Shown here: piece after piece, positions 35,015 to 45,823 of the stretch | Layout: every line of letters begins with the position of its first letter | Numbering within the stretch: the first letter of the stretch is position 1 | NCBI GenBank assembly: GCA_963726745.1 | Contig: CAVSDR010000002.1 | Location: 192,001-256,000, forward strand | Length of the DNA stretch: 64,000 nt | Source: an uncultured Verrucomicrobiae bacterium | GTDB taxonomy: Bacteria > Verrucomicrobiota > Verrucomicrobiia > Chthoniobacterales > UBA10450 | Reading direction: 5' to 3' | Translations under genes and position numbers: made by a program | The notes under the pieces: model-generated | What the model saw: the letters and a program-made list of their open reading frames with translations, nothing else | The model's database searches: none | Told to the model about the DNA's origin: nothing

Positions 35015-35393
35015 ATGGGGGTATGCCTCAGATGATGGCCTCGACACGGAGCGTCAGGACCAATTGTTGGAATTTCCGATACAGTGACTGAATCTTGAAG
35101 GTCGAGCCAAGCATAAAATTCGCGAAGCAAAGCACCATGATGGCAGCCGAGTGCTCCAAGCGCCGGCGCCTTTGACGTTGCGGGCACGGACACGCACCCA
35201 CACGTCTTTGCCGCGGGTCAGTGCGTTTTGCATGCTGCGCGGATTCGGGACGATGAAGGTCTCGCTCCAGTTCTCGCCGCTCGGGTCGAGGGTCCACTGG
35301 GCCTCATAGACGCGGGCGTTGTTGGCGGCCGGGGTGCGGCTCTCGAAAAGCAGCTGCGCTTGACCGGCGCGCAGCGGGCACTATCGGGGGCGG

Positions 35394-36300
35394 ATGAACG
35401 AGACGAGGCGGACGCATCTCGAGGCCATCCCGCCGGTGCCGGCGATCTTGGGCGCCATCGTCAGCGTCCAGGCCGGCGCGGCGCTGGCCAAGGGCCTCTT
35501 TCCCGCGCTCGGGCCGATCGGAACGGTGGGGCTGCGGGTCGTCCTCTCCGCGATCATGCTCATGGCGGCGTTCCGTCCCGGGCTGCGCGCGTTGTCGCCG
35601 GCGCAGTGGCGGGCGGTGATTCCGTATGGCCTGGTCCTGGGCACGATGAACATCCTGTTTTACCTCTCGCTCTCGCGGATCCCGCTCGGGGTCGCGGTCA
35701 CGGTCGAGTTCATCGGGCCGCTGGCGGTGGCGGTGTTCGGCTCGCGGCGCGCGGTGGATATCGCGTGGGTCGTTTTGGCTGCGGCAGGGATCGCGCTGAT
35801 CACGCCGTGGTCGGGCGGCGGGACGGACGCTTTCGGCGTCGCGCTCGCACTTCGCTGCGGGCGGGTGCTGGGCTGCTTACATTCTGCTCGGCGGCCGGGT
35901 CTCACGCATCATGCCCGGCGGCGCTTCGGTGGCGACGGGAATGCTGATCGCTTCCTTCGTGGCGCTGCCGGCCGCGATGGCGACGGATGGGTTCGCAGGG
36001 CTGACGCTGCCGCTTTTCGTGGCGGGAATCGGAGTGGCGCTGCTCTCGAGCGCGATCCCTTACACGCTGGAGATCATCGCCCTGCGGGGACTTCCGGCAC
36101 GCACCTTCGGCATCCTCATGAGCCTGGAGCCGGCGGTCGCTGCGCTCCTCGGCCTCGTCATCCTGCACGAACTGCTTTCCTCCCGGCAATGGGTGGCGGT
36201 GGCGCTGATCATCGCCGCGAGCACGGGATCAACCCTGACCTCGCGCCGCCCCGCGCCCGTGGTTGCGGGCGAGGCCGGAGAAGGCTGGCAGGGAGGATGA
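35394..36300 (+). CDS. EamA/RhtA-like DMT transporter (frameshift near 35850)
   Basis: SVQAGAALAKGLF, RIPLGVAVTVEFIGP, PYTLEIIALR, FGILMSLEPAVAAL. Confidence 0.9.
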
Positions 36301-36707
36301 GGAAAAGGATGAAGGAGCCGCGGCGTGGGCGGAGCGCAGCTAAGGTTGCTGGCGCAAACGCGGGCGCGAGCGTGCGAGTGATGTCGGCCACGCGCGAGAT
36401 GGCTCGCAGTCATTCGCATTGATTGGAGGTGCCAGAGCCGCAAACGCAGCTCAAAGAGTTTTATGGCGGAGCGATCTGAAAGGCGCATCGCGCAGCGGCC
36501 ATACCATAATTGACTCGGACAATGTTTTCCTGCTCCGACCAGCGACTTCAGGGTCAGGTTTCGCGCTTTCTAGTTCAGGCAAAAAAACGACCGAAGCTAA
36601 CGAAAGCAGCGGTGGAATCGTCGTGCAACGAGCTATCACCTCCGCGGTGAGCCGACGCGGTGACCGCTTTCTCGCAGAAGAGCTTAGGCCAAGCCTGGCA
36701 GCTGAAG

Positions 36708-37460
36708 CTATTCCACGTCGAGGCGCGCGAGAGCACGTCGGCGGAGCCAGCGATGTGTCGGAGTGATCACGGCGAGGGAGTAATAGACCCAGCCGCTCCA
36801 TCCGATCAGCGCCGGTGGCAGGGTCAAGGCAAAGACCAGCGAGACCAAGCCCACGCACGTGGGCAGCGCCCAGCCGCGTGCTTCCTGCCAGGCCATGAGT
36901 TGTTCGCGGTGATTCAAGCGCAGGGCCATGCGCAAACGCCATGCGTGGAGATTCAACAGGGCGATCTCGAGCGCGATCGCGGTGAAGCCGAGCGCAAACG
37001 CAGCGAAAAGCTCCCGTGCCTGCCCGATCGACTCGATGAGGAGCGGTTGCCCGACGCGCCCGCCGGAGAGCGGAAAAAACATCGCACCGAAGACGACCTT
37101 CAGCGGGTAAACATAGATCAGCATGGTGAAGATCATCGCCCAGCTGATCATGACCGAGGGTCCGTCCTCGAGGCCGAAACGCCGGCTCCAGAGCCAGTGG
37201 CCGCGCCAGAAAAGCGCGAGGACAAAAACGCTCGCCGCGAAAGCCGGCACATTGTTAAAGGCGGCAAGGAGCGACTTCACGTTCGTGGGCGGGTCGCCGG
37301 CGGCGATCACGAGCGTGGTAATAGCGAAGGCAAAGGTCGCATCGACGAAGGTCTCGAGCCGCGTCATCTCCATCCCGCGCAGGCGGAAGCCGCGCAGCCG
37401 TGGCAGCGCATCCAGGTCTGCCGGCAGCGCGGAGGCGATTTCTTCCTCACGGGAGTTCAC
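36708..37460 (-). CDS. TMEM175 (DUF1211) family membrane protein
   Basis: RLETFVDATFAFAITTLV motif, W..H, six TM segments. Confidence 0.85.
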   Translation of the reverse strand: MNSREEEIASALPADLDALPRLRGFRLRGMEMTRLETFVDATFAFAITTLVIAAGDPPTNVKSLLAAFNNVPAFAASVFVLALFWRGHWLWSRRFGLEDGPSVMISWAMIFTMLIYVYPLKVVFGAMFFPLSGGRVGQPLLIESIGQARELFAAFALGFTAIALEIALLNLHAWRLRMALRLNHREQLMAWQEARGWALPTCVGLVSLVFALTLPPALIGWSGWVYYSLAVITPTHRWLRRRALARLDVE

Positions 37461-37661
37461 GTGCGGGAGGATAGCGCGGTGCGATGCGGTGTCAGTCCCA
37501 GAATGTCGCGGGCCGCAGTGCTACCTTAGCCTTGGCTGCGGGCCGTTCGTCGGAGGGTTGGCGAGGGCGCCCGGGCGAGCTAACGAAAGGATCACTCCCT
37601 CGCTCGGCCATGCGCGCTGTCGGCCGCGTGACTTCCTGGAAGAAGCTGAATAGCTTCCGTC

Positions 37662-38093
37662 GTGGCTCCAATGGGTGCGGCGGCATTTGCAATCAAAGCG
37701 GAGCTACCGGAGGTGCGGGCGCGGACCTTCGTCTTCCGTCACCAAAAGACGATGTATGGCGGCAAACAGATCAAGCCGGGCGACACCATCTTCCTCTTCG
37801 CGAGCGAGAACGAAGGCGGGCAAGGTTTGATCGCCTGCGGGGTGGTTACTTCTGCCCAGGTGAGTGCCCTCCAACCAGGAGTCGCCCGGCAAACTCCGCG
37901 GGTCAGCCTTGCGGTGCGAAGAACGGGGCTGGCAAAACGGCCCCTTGGACGCCGCGAGCTCAAGCAGTTCACCGATTGGGCCGATGGACGACCTGAGACC
38001 GAGCTCAACTTCAAACTCTATCGTCAGGCCACCAACAAGATCGCGGGTATCTCGGAGCAGGCGACGCGGTTCTTGCGTGGATTTTTCAGCTGA
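37662..38093 (+). CDS. Hypothetical protein, possible PUA/EVE-like fold
   Basis: IKPGDTIFLFASE..G..ACGVV pattern. Confidence 0.6.
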   Translation: MAPMGAAAFAIKAELPEVRARTFVFRHQKTMYGGKQIKPGDTIFLFASENEGGQGLIACGVVTSAQVSALQPGVARQTPRVSLAVRRTGLAKRPLGRRELKQFTDWADGRPETELNFKLYRQATNKIAGISEQATRFLRGFFS

Positions 38094-38150
38094 ACAATCA
38101 GAGAAACGAAACCTGACCGCGAGTGAGCTAGCCGAAGCGAAGCAGCGCCA

Positions 38151-38280
38151 GTGGTCGCAGCCGCGCCCGTGGCGGGGAAATTAGACATCAACTTGGCGAC
38201 GCCTTCCGAGCTCGTGCGGCTCCCGGGGATTGGGCCGGCGATGGTCGGCCGCATCGTCGCCGCGCGCCCTTCCGCGAGCC
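38151..38280 (+). pseudogene. ComEA-like helix-hairpin-helix fragment
   Basis: GKLDINLATPSELVRLPGIGPAMVGRIVAARP, then runs into the 3' end of mtgA. Confidence 0.6.
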
Positions 38281-38285
38281 GCTGT

Positions 38286-39026
38286 TCAGCGCAGCATCTT
38301 CTCCGGGAACGGCGCGCTTTGCTCGCGGAAGAGGATACGCTGCTGGCGCTGCCGCAGGGCCGGCCCGGGCTTTGCCGGATTCCAGCCTTTCGGGTTCGGC
38401 AGGACCGCGGCGAGGAGGGCGGATTGATCTCTCGTTAGGCCGCGCGCGTTTACCCCAAAGTAATGCTGCGCCCCTGCTTCCACTCCATAGATTCCGGGAC
38501 CCATCTCGATCACGTTCGCGTAAAGCTCGAGGATGCGCCGCTTCGGCAGGAGCAGTTCCATCCAGACGGTGTAGTAGGATTCGAGCCCTTTCCGGATCCA
38601 GGAGCGCCCTTGCCAAAGGAAAAGCGAGCGCGCGCACTGCATCGTGATCGTGGAGACGCCGCGCACGGGCTTGCCCGTCCGGTCCGATTTCTTCCGCGCG
38701 GCCTCGAGTTCCTTCCAGTCAAAGCCAGCGTGCTGGAAGAAGCGTTGATCTTCCGAGACCCAAAGATGTTTCAGGAACATCGTGGGCACCTGGGGCAGGT
38801 CGACCCAATGATAACGCAGCGGCGCAGTCGCGTGCACTTGCTCGAGCAACATCGGGAGCGTCCGCGGCGGGTCCAGAAACCGAACCAGCAAAACTTCCAG
38901 CACCGGAAGAGACAGCAAGATGGCCAGCGCGATCAGCAGCCAGCGCCCGCGATGGAGTTTAGCCGACTGCTTCTTCAAAGCGCGGGGCTTCCTCTTTTTC
39001 TCAACGGCGGGCATTCGGGTGGCCAC
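38286..39026 (-). CDS. mtgA: Monofunctional biosynthetic peptidoglycan transglycosylase
   Basis: SEDQRFFQHAGFD, RGVSTITMQ, RKGLE, KRRILELY.NVIEMG, AAVLPNP. Confidence 0.93.
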   Translation of the reverse strand: MATRMPAVEKKRKPRALKKQSAKLHRGRWLLIALAILLSLPVLEVLLVRFLDPPRTLPMLLEQVHATAPLRYHWVDLPQVPTMFLKHLWVSEDQRFFQHAGFDWKELEAARKKSDRTGKPVRGVSTITMQCARSLFLWQGRSWIRKGLESYYTVWMELLLPKRRILELYANVIEMGPGIYGVEAGAQHYFGVNARGLTRDQSALLAAVLPNPKGWNPAKPGPALRQRQQRILFREQSAPFPEKMLR

Positions 39027-39068
39027 CCTCGATGAGTTGGCTGGAAAAGGGAACGCGCTTTCGAAAAA

Positions 39069-39629
39069 TCAGCGCCCTCGCGGCGGCGTTTTCTTCCGCG
39101 CCGCCGGCGGGAGCGACTGCGGGTAAAGCTCGGCGAAACTCTTCGGGCCGCGCGGCACTTCCGGTGCCGCCGCGGGCGCCGGCGGCAGGACGGTATCCAG
39201 CTGGCCCAGCGCGGAAGGCGGAAGCGTCCCGAGCTTGCCGGCCGGTTCGGCGGTGGGCCCCGCTGCGAGATGGACGTTCATCGCCCGCCGAAGCGCGCTC
39301 TCGCTCTCCTCGGCCAGCAAGGACGCGAAAAGCCCAAGCGGAAGCTGCTGCATTTCCGCTCGCGCCGTGATCACGGTGTAGCCGGCGTGCGAATCAAATC
39401 CTTCCGAAGCCTGGAAAAGCAGCGCGCCCCGGCTTCTTTGGAATTCCAGCACGCGATGCAGCAGCGCCTTGATGATCCCGCCGTCGCCGGTCGAGCCGTA
39501 GCCATGGATGACGGCAAATTTCCGCAGGGCCGTCGGCAAGCGGACGATCTTCCGGTAGTCGGCCGCGAAGCGGACCATGGCCTCGGACGCGGTCAAGCCG
39601 TGATAATCGAGTTCGCGCAACCTCCGCAT
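39069..39629 (-). CDS. Smr/MutS2 C-terminal-like domain protein
   Basis: LDYHGLT..EA, VIHGYGS.G.GG; start ATG 39629. Confidence 0.75.
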   Translation of the reverse strand: MRRLRELDYHGLTASEAMVRFAADYRKIVRLPTALRKFAVIHGYGSTGDGGIIKALLHRVLEFQRSRGALLFQASEGFDSHAGYTVITARAEMQQLPLGLFASLLAEESESALRRAMNVHLAAGPTAEPAGKLGTLPPSALGQLDTVLPPAPAAAPEVPRGPKSFAELYPQSLPPAARKKTPPRGR

Positions 39630-39732
39630 CCCCGGCGAATAAACAAAACCGCCGATGCCCTCAAGCGAAGAACTCCTCCCGGCGTTCCGTGAGCGACCGC
39701 GAGGGGCGCAGGTGCTAAGGTCTCCCGAGGTC

Positions 39733-41040
39733 ATGCAACGCCGCGTCCGCTTTTCGATCTTCGCCCTGCTGCTCGTGGCTGGAATAGCCGGCTACCTGTT
39801 CTGGCCGCCGGCGGCGCGCGCGCCCGTTTCTCTCGCGGTCGACGAATCTCTTGCGGCGTCGCCGATTCCGCCCGCGGCGGCAAGCGACCCCGATCCGGCG
39901 TCCTCGCCGCCGGCGACGAGCGCGGGTGCTTCGCGCGATGCTCTGCTCGATTCGCTGCGTGCGAAATTAGCCTCGGGAAACATGGCCCGCGGGGAAGCGA
40001 TCCTGACCTTTCGCGATGCAGAGGCGCGGGCGCGTTTCGCGCAGCGCGCGGCGAGCTTCGGGCTGGAAGTGATCGCGGAAATTCCGCAGCTCGATTCCTT
40101 GCGCGTGCGTTACCGCGAGCTGGAAGGCTTGCGCGATGCCATTGCCGCCGGCGGCGGCGAATTGGCAAACGTCGAGGGCAACCTCTGGTTAGGCATTCCG
40201 GGAACGACGCCTGTCGCCGACCCGAACAACCAAGGCGGCCGTGCGCCTTTTGGCCGAAGCACGCTCGAGGCGATCAACGCCGTGGGCGACCGAACTTCGT
40301 GGGGCGGCCGCGTGACCGTGGCGGTGCTCGACACCGGCATTCTCGCGCATCCGACGTTTGGTTCCGGGCAGATTACGCACTTGGATTTGGTGAATGACGG
40401 ACTCGGATTCAATAGCCACGGGACGAGCGTGGCCTCGATCATCGGCGGGCAAAATCCGCAGGCGCCCGGAGTGGCGCCGGGCGCGAGCATTCTCGATATC
40501 CGGGTGGCCGACGCCGAAGGTTACGCGGTTGGCTCCAGTCTCGCGCAGGGGATCGTGACTGCGGTCGATCGCGGCGCCCAGGTGATCAACGTGAGCCTGG
40601 GCGGCTACGGTGGCAGCGCCTTGCTGGAACAAGCGGTCGGCTATGCTTTGCAACGCGGCGTGGTCGTGGTGGCGGCCGCAGGGAACGACGCCTACGGGCA
40701 ACTCGCGATTCCCGCAGCCTATCCGGGCGTGCTCAGCGTCGGCAGCGTCGATGCCAACAACCGGCAGGCTTACTTTTCCAATAGCGGCGCCGGGCTCGCG
40801 CTGGCGGCGCCGGGAGTGGGGGTGATCTCCGCATGGGAGACGGACAAGATCGCGCTCGTAAGCGGCACGTCGCAATCCTCCGCGCTGGTCACAGGCGCGG
40901 TTGCCACTTACCTCTCCTGGGGCGTTTCGGCGAATCAGGTGGGCCGGCAATTGCAAATCGATGCGCGACCGGCATTCAACGATGCGGGCGCGGCCACCGG
41001 CGTGGGCATTCTCACGATCAAGCCGCCGACTGCTCGATGA
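39733..41040 (+). CDS. S8 (subtilisin-like) serine peptidase, membrane-anchored
   Basis: VLDTG, HGTSVA, AAGN, SGTSQS catalytic motifs; N-terminal TM. Confidence 0.93.
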   Translation: MQRRVRFSIFALLLVAGIAGYLFWPPAARAPVSLAVDESLAASPIPPAAASDPDPASSPPATSAGASRDALLDSLRAKLASGNMARGEAILTFRDAEARARFAQRAASFGLEVIAEIPQLDSLRVRYRELEGLRDAIAAGGGELANVEGNLWLGIPGTTPVADPNNQGGRAPFGRSTLEAINAVGDRTSWGGRVTVAVLDTGILAHPTFGSGQITHLDLVNDGLGFNSHGTSVASIIGGQNPQAPGVAPGASILDIRVADAEGYAVGSSLAQGIVTAVDRGAQVINVSLGGYGGSALLEQAVGYALQRGVVVVAAAGNDAYGQLAIPAAYPGVLSVGSVDANNRQAYFSNSGAGLALAAPGVGVISAWETDKIALVSGTSQSSALVTGAVATYLSWGVSANQVGRQLQIDARPAFNDAGAATGVGILTIKPPTAR

Positions 41041-41110
41041 TTTTATTTTAGGCTGCGTGCCCTGCAGCCTCGGCGGTCCTCGAGCGCCGCTACACCTATC
41101 AACCCGCCGG

Positions 41111-42166
41111 CTACTTCAGAAAATCGTTTAACGCCTCGCGCGTGATCCGCCAGCTGCTCCCGATCTTTTTTCCCTTCAAGTCGCCCGCGTCGAGGCTCTG
41201 CTGGACATCGGCCTCGCTCACGCCGAGCGCTTCGGCCGCCTGCGCCGGGCTCAGCAGCTCGGGCAAGCCGGTGGCGCCGGCGGGCGCCGCCGCGGCGGTA
41301 GACGGCGAGATGGATTGGGCGGAGCCTTGCTGTTGGATGATTTGCTGGGCCATGGCGATGCCGACCGCCATCTCGGTGGCCACGCCGCCAGCGCTGCCGC
41401 CTTTCTCCATGCCTTGGGCCATCTGGAACTTCACGTAATCGTTCAAGTTGCCGACTGCGGCCATGCTCGAGCGTTTGTCGATCGCTTGCTCGACTTCCGG
41501 CGGGACGCTCACGTTCTCGAGGATGAAGCTCGGCAGCTCGATCCCGTATTTCGCGCGGATGATCGGGTTGATGATCGGGAGCAACGCTTCGCCGACTTCC
41601 TGGTAACGCGAGGCGACGTCGAGCACCGGGACTTTCGCGGTCGCGAGCGCGTCGCTGAAGATGCTGACAATGCGCGAGCGCATGGTGTCGGCAAATTCTT
41701 CGAGCCGGAAATTCTGGTCGGAGCCGGCCACTTCCTTGAGCATCAATTTCGGATCGACCACGCGGAAATCGTAGGTCCCGAAAGCGCGCACGCGCACGAT
41801 CCCGAAGTCCTGGTCGCGGAGCATGATCGGGTTCGAGGTGCCCCACTTATTCCCGGTAAAGAGCCGCGTGGTGACGTAGTAGACGTCCGCTTTGAAAGGG
41901 GACTCGAAGCCATATTTCCACGACTTCAGATTCGTGAGGATCGGGATGTTATCGGTCGTGAGGGTGTGTTTTCCCGGGCCGAAAGTGTCGCCAAATTCCC
42001 CCAGGTAAACGAACTGCGCGACCTGCGACTCGCGCACGATGAGCTGGGCGCCGCGCTTGATCTCGGCGTCGTTATCCGGGAAGCGATAGGAGATGGTGTC
42101 GCGCGAGTCATCGGTCCACTCGATGATGTCGATCGTCTGTCCGCGGAGGTAATTCATCAGGCCCAT
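41111..42166 (-). CDS. SPFH (YdjI-like) domain protein with C-terminal excisionase-type HTH
   Basis: IIEWTDD, AQLIVRESQ, KWGT.NPI, VRAFGTY; C-terminal LLSPAQAAEALGVS...GKKIGSSWRI. Confidence 0.88.
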   Translation of the reverse strand: MGLMNYLRGQTIDIIEWTDDSRDTISYRFPDNDAEIKRGAQLIVRESQVAQFVYLGEFGDTFGPGKHTLTTDNIPILTNLKSWKYGFESPFKADVYYVTTRLFTGNKWGTSNPIMLRDQDFGIVRVRAFGTYDFRVVDPKLMLKEVAGSDQNFRLEEFADTMRSRIVSIFSDALATAKVPVLDVASRYQEVGEALLPIINPIIRAKYGIELPSFILENVSVPPEVEQAIDKRSSMAAVGNLNDYVKFQMAQGMEKGGSAGGVATEMAVGIAMAQQIIQQQGSAQSISPSTAAAAPAGATGLPELLSPAQAAEALGVSEADVQQSLDAGDLKGKKIGSSWRITREALNDFLK

Positions 42167-42264
42167 GGTGGTTTTCCTTTCAGAGAAATGAGGGGTTTTG
42201 CTGGCGCACAGCTTAGCCTTTTCCGGCGGAGCGCAATGCCGATTTCGTGACGCGCCCGGAGCGC

Positions 42265-42780
42265 TCAGGCTGGTTCGTCTTCGTAATAATGCTCGCGCAC
42301 TTTGCCGGCCCAGCGTTGGAAGACCTGGCGCAGGGCCGCCTTGGCCGCGCCGGCGATTTCCCCTTCCGGGATCGGGTGCACGAAGACGTCGGAGACGCCG
42401 TGATCGAAGACTCCGCCGCTGATGCTTTCCTCCCGGAAGACGAGGATCGGCACGCGCAGCCCAAAGAGGATGCCGGACTCGAGATGATTCCACGGGGTGG
42501 GGAACGACATCGGAACGCTGAAGCTTTTCTCCGCGGGAGTGCCCGGTTTTACCAGCCCGCTGGCGGCGCGGAATTGCTCGAAGCCAAGGATGACGCCGCC
42601 GAAGCAATGCCGCGCGATCAAGAGCACTTCGCGCAGCGGGAGCTCGGTGGGATAATCGGAACGGCCAAGGGCGCGCGGTTCGAGGTCGTTGTCCTCGAGT
42701 TGCTGGATGATGACGCTGCGCGCAGCCTCTTGCCCCGGCGAAAGGCTCGTCGGCGACGAAACGAACACGGGAATTTTCAT
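42265..42780 (-). CDS. TIR/nucleoside-deoxyribosyltransferase-like Rossmannoid protein
   Basis: VFVSSP N-terminal strand; TPWNHLESG with conserved Glu; PILVFRE. Confidence 0.6.
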   Translation of the reverse strand: MKIPVFVSSPTSLSPGQEAARSVIIQQLEDNDLEPRALGRSDYPTELPLREVLLIARHCFGGVILGFEQFRAASGLVKPGTPAEKSFSVPMSFPTPWNHLESGILFGLRVPILVFREESISGGVFDHGVSDVFVHPIPEGEIAGAAKAALRQVFQRWAGKVREHYYEDEPA

Positions 42781-42851
42781 GGGGGAAACTCCATGAAGGG
42801 CGATCCCTCCCGCGGCGGCAAGCCGATTTTAGACAGCGAGATGTACTCTCG

Positions 42852-44109
42852 CTAGCCCTGCACGAGCGCGCGCACGCCGGCGAGGAGGCGATCGACTTCC
42901 TCTTCGGTGGTGTAACAGGCGCAGCCGGCGCGAAGGACGCCGTGGGGCGCAAGGCCCAGGCGGTCGATCACCGTCATGGCGTAGAAGTGTCCATCGGAAG
43001 CGAAGACACCTTGCCGGACCAAGGCGCGGGCGACCTGGGCCGCCGTGTGACCCTGCACGGTGAACGCGATCGTCGGCGTGCGGGCCGCGCCCGGTGCCGG
43101 GCCGAAAGTGCGGACGCCGGGGATTTCCTGGAGCCCGGTCCACATCCGGGCGAACAACTCCGAGCCGCGGCGATGGAGTTCGCCGAAGGCCGACTCTAAT
43201 TTTGCGCGCCGCGTCGCGCCGTGGCCTAACGAGGCCAGGAAGTCGACTGCGGCGGCCGCGCCGGCCATGCTCTCGAAGCTTTGCGTCCCGGTCTCCACGC
43301 GGTCCGGCGCCTCGTCAGGGGCGGGGATGAGCTTCGGGAAATCAACTTTAGCCAGCAACTCGTGCCGGCCGAATAGAATCCCGGTGTGCGGCCCGTAGAA
43401 CTTGTAGGAAGAACAGGCGAGGAAGTCGCACTCAAGCGCGCGCACATCGACCAGGGTGTGCGGCGCGTAATGCACCGCATCAACGAAGGCGAGCGCGCCG
43501 ACGCTGTGTGCCAGGTCGGCCGCGCGGCGGACGTCGCTGATCGTGCCGATGGCGTTCGAGGCCGCGCCGACAGCGACCAATTTCGTGCGGGCGTTCACCT
43601 GCTGCTCGAAGTGTTCCCAATCGAGCTGCCCGGTCTCCGGGATCGAGGCGGACAACGCGGATGGTCACGCCGCGCTCTTTCTCGAGCGCGCGCCAGGGGG
43701 CGACGTTTGCGTGGTGATCGAGCTCCGTGATCACGATCTCGTCGCCTGCGCCCCAACCGCGCCCGAGCGCCCGGGCAAGATGAAAGGTGAGCGAGGTCAT
43801 GTTTTGCCCGAAGGCAATTTCATTCGCTTGGGCGTTGAGGAAATCCGCCAGCGTGGCGCGCGCGCGCAGGACGAGCGCGTCGGTCTCCGCGCTCGTGGGG
43901 AAGGACCAATGCGTGTTCGCATTGTGATGGAAAAGGTAATCGGTCATCGCTTCCGCGACCACACGCGGCACCTGGGTGCCGCCGGGCCCGTCGAAATAGG
44001 CGACCGGATGTCCGGCATGTTCGCGCTCGAGCGCCGGAAACGCGGCCCGGATTTGAGCGACGGAAACGGGGGCGGCCTGCGGTGCGGTGGCGGGAGCGAG
44101 CGTGGTCAT
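42852..44109 (-). CDS. Cysteine desulfurase-like PLP enzyme (class V aminotransferase; frameshift near 43645)
   Basis: YFDGPGGTQVP, LDHHAN..PW, VDAVHYAPH, SSYKFYGPH. Confidence 0.9.
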
Positions 44110-44216
44110 GGAGCAGATGCTCCGCGCGGGCCGGCGCGATCGCAAACGCCGCTTTGGCCGCCGGATAATGCGATGGCCAGTCGCGCCTCGCCTTGCTACG
44201 ATCGGCTTCCCCTCCC

Positions 44217-45707
44217 ATGAAAAAATTCCTCCTCCTGCTTTTCCTCTCGGCCTTCCTGGCCGGGGTGGGCGCCGCGCAGACGACGCCCTTCAACCAGGCC
44301 TTTGGTGAGCGCTTTCGCCCTGGGCCGGACAATCGGCCGCCTCTGCCGCATTTCGGACAGGAAATCACGCACCGCTGGAACTTGATCGCGATCAATGCCA
44401 CGGGGCTCGATCACACGCCGGTCGGTCCGGGCGAGGCGCGCGTCTTCGGCGAGCAACTCGGGCCGGGCCGCGCGAGCCGCGCGATGGCCATCGTGCACAT
44501 TGCGATCTTCGATGCGGTCAATGCCATCGTCGGCCAGTATCAAAGTTACACCGGGCTTTCGCGCTTCCGTCCCCGCTGCTCGATGGAGGCGGCAGTCGCG
44601 CAAGCGGCGCACGATACCCTGGTTGCGCTCTATCCTTCGCAGCAGGCGAGCTTCGATGCCCGGCTGGCGGAGGATCTTTCCGCGATCCGGAATTCCGCCT
44701 TGCGCGATGCCGGGATCGCACTCGGGCGGCGCGCGGCGGCAGCCATCCTCGCGCTCCGCTCGGGCGACGGCGCGGAAGTGCCGGAGCCGCTCATGGGCAC
44801 GGGATGGATCCCCAGTCTCGAGCCCGGTCATTGGCGGCAGGATCCGGTGAGCCAGGTGCCGATCGCGCTCGGGGCGCATTGGGGCGCGTGCCGGCCGTTT
44901 GTGGTCGAATCACCGAGCCAGTTTCGCGCGCCGCCGCCGCCAGCGCTCACCAGCGCCGAATACACGCGCGATTACAACGAGACCAAGCGCCTCGGCGGCG
45001 ACGGCATCACGACGCCGACCGAGCGGACCGCGGAGCAAACTTTTATCGGCACCTTCTGGGCCTATGACGGCACGCCCAGCCTTTGCGCTCCGCCGCGCTT
45101 GTATAATCAGCTCACGGTCCAACTGGCCGACCGCGCGCACTTGAGCGGGGTGGAGTTGGCTCACCTCCTGGCGTTGGTCAACGTCAGCCTGGCGGACGCC
45201 GCCATGAGCGTCTGGGACTCGAAATATCACTACGATTTCTGGCGCCCGGTCACGGGCATCCGCGAGTCCGATGTCGGCACGGGCCCGACCGGACGGGGCG
45301 ACGGGAATCCCTCCACCGTGGGCGATCCCGGCTTCATGCCTTTGGGCGCGCCCGCGAGCAATCTCACCGGGCCCAACTTCACTCCGCCCTTCCCGACTTA
45401 CCCTTCCGGCCACGCCGGTTTTGGCGGCGCGCTCTTCCAAGTGCTGCGCCGCTACTTCGGGACCGACCGCTTCCCGTTCATCTTCGTCTCCGATGAATTC
45501 AACGGCACGACCTACGACGCCAACGGCAACCTGCGACCCTACCTGCCGCGCTTTTTCCGCTCCTTTTCGGAAGCGGAAATGGAGAACGGCCGCAGCCGGG
45601 TCTACCTCGGGATTCACTGGAATTTCGACAGCACTGAGGGCATCGCCCTCGGGCGGCGGGTGGGGGATTACGTCTACGATCACGTCTACCCTCCGGCCCG
45701 TCGTTAG
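44217..45707 (+). CDS. Secreted vanadium-dependent haloperoxidase (chloroperoxidase-like, PAP2 superfamily), copy 1
   Basis: KYHYDFWRP, PPFPTYPSGH, SRVYLGIHW vanadate-binding motifs; WAYDG..PPRLYNQ; signal peptide. Confidence 0.9.
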   Translation: MKKFLLLLFLSAFLAGVGAAQTTPFNQAFGERFRPGPDNRPPLPHFGQEITHRWNLIAINATGLDHTPVGPGEARVFGEQLGPGRASRAMAIVHIAIFDAVNAIVGQYQSYTGLSRFRPRCSMEAAVAQAAHDTLVALYPSQQASFDARLAEDLSAIRNSALRDAGIALGRRAAAAILALRSGDGAEVPEPLMGTGWIPSLEPGHWRQDPVSQVPIALGAHWGACRPFVVESPSQFRAPPPPALTSAEYTRDYNETKRLGGDGITTPTERTAEQTFIGTFWAYDGTPSLCAPPRLYNQLTVQLADRAHLSGVELAHLLALVNVSLADAAMSVWDSKYHYDFWRPVTGIRESDVGTGPTGRGDGNPSTVGDPGFMPLGAPASNLTGPNFTPPFPTYPSGHAGFGGALFQVLRRYFGTDRFPFIFVSDEFNGTTYDANGNLRPYLPRFFRSFSEAEMENGRSRVYLGIHWNFDSTEGIALGRRVGDYVYDHVYPPARR

Positions 45708-45823
45708 GCGCGAAGCTATTCCCTCCCGCAGCAAGAGACAGCGAGATGAACCCGGGACAAAAACGGTGTTCAGCGCCGAGGCATTGTGCTTAAGCTCGAC
45801 CTTCCCTCGAATTCCACTCCCGC

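Noticed and set aside
33465..35713. EamA duplicate as a DGR template/variable repeat pair
   Set aside because: Differences are mostly synonymous and not adenine-specific; no reverse transcriptase is present.
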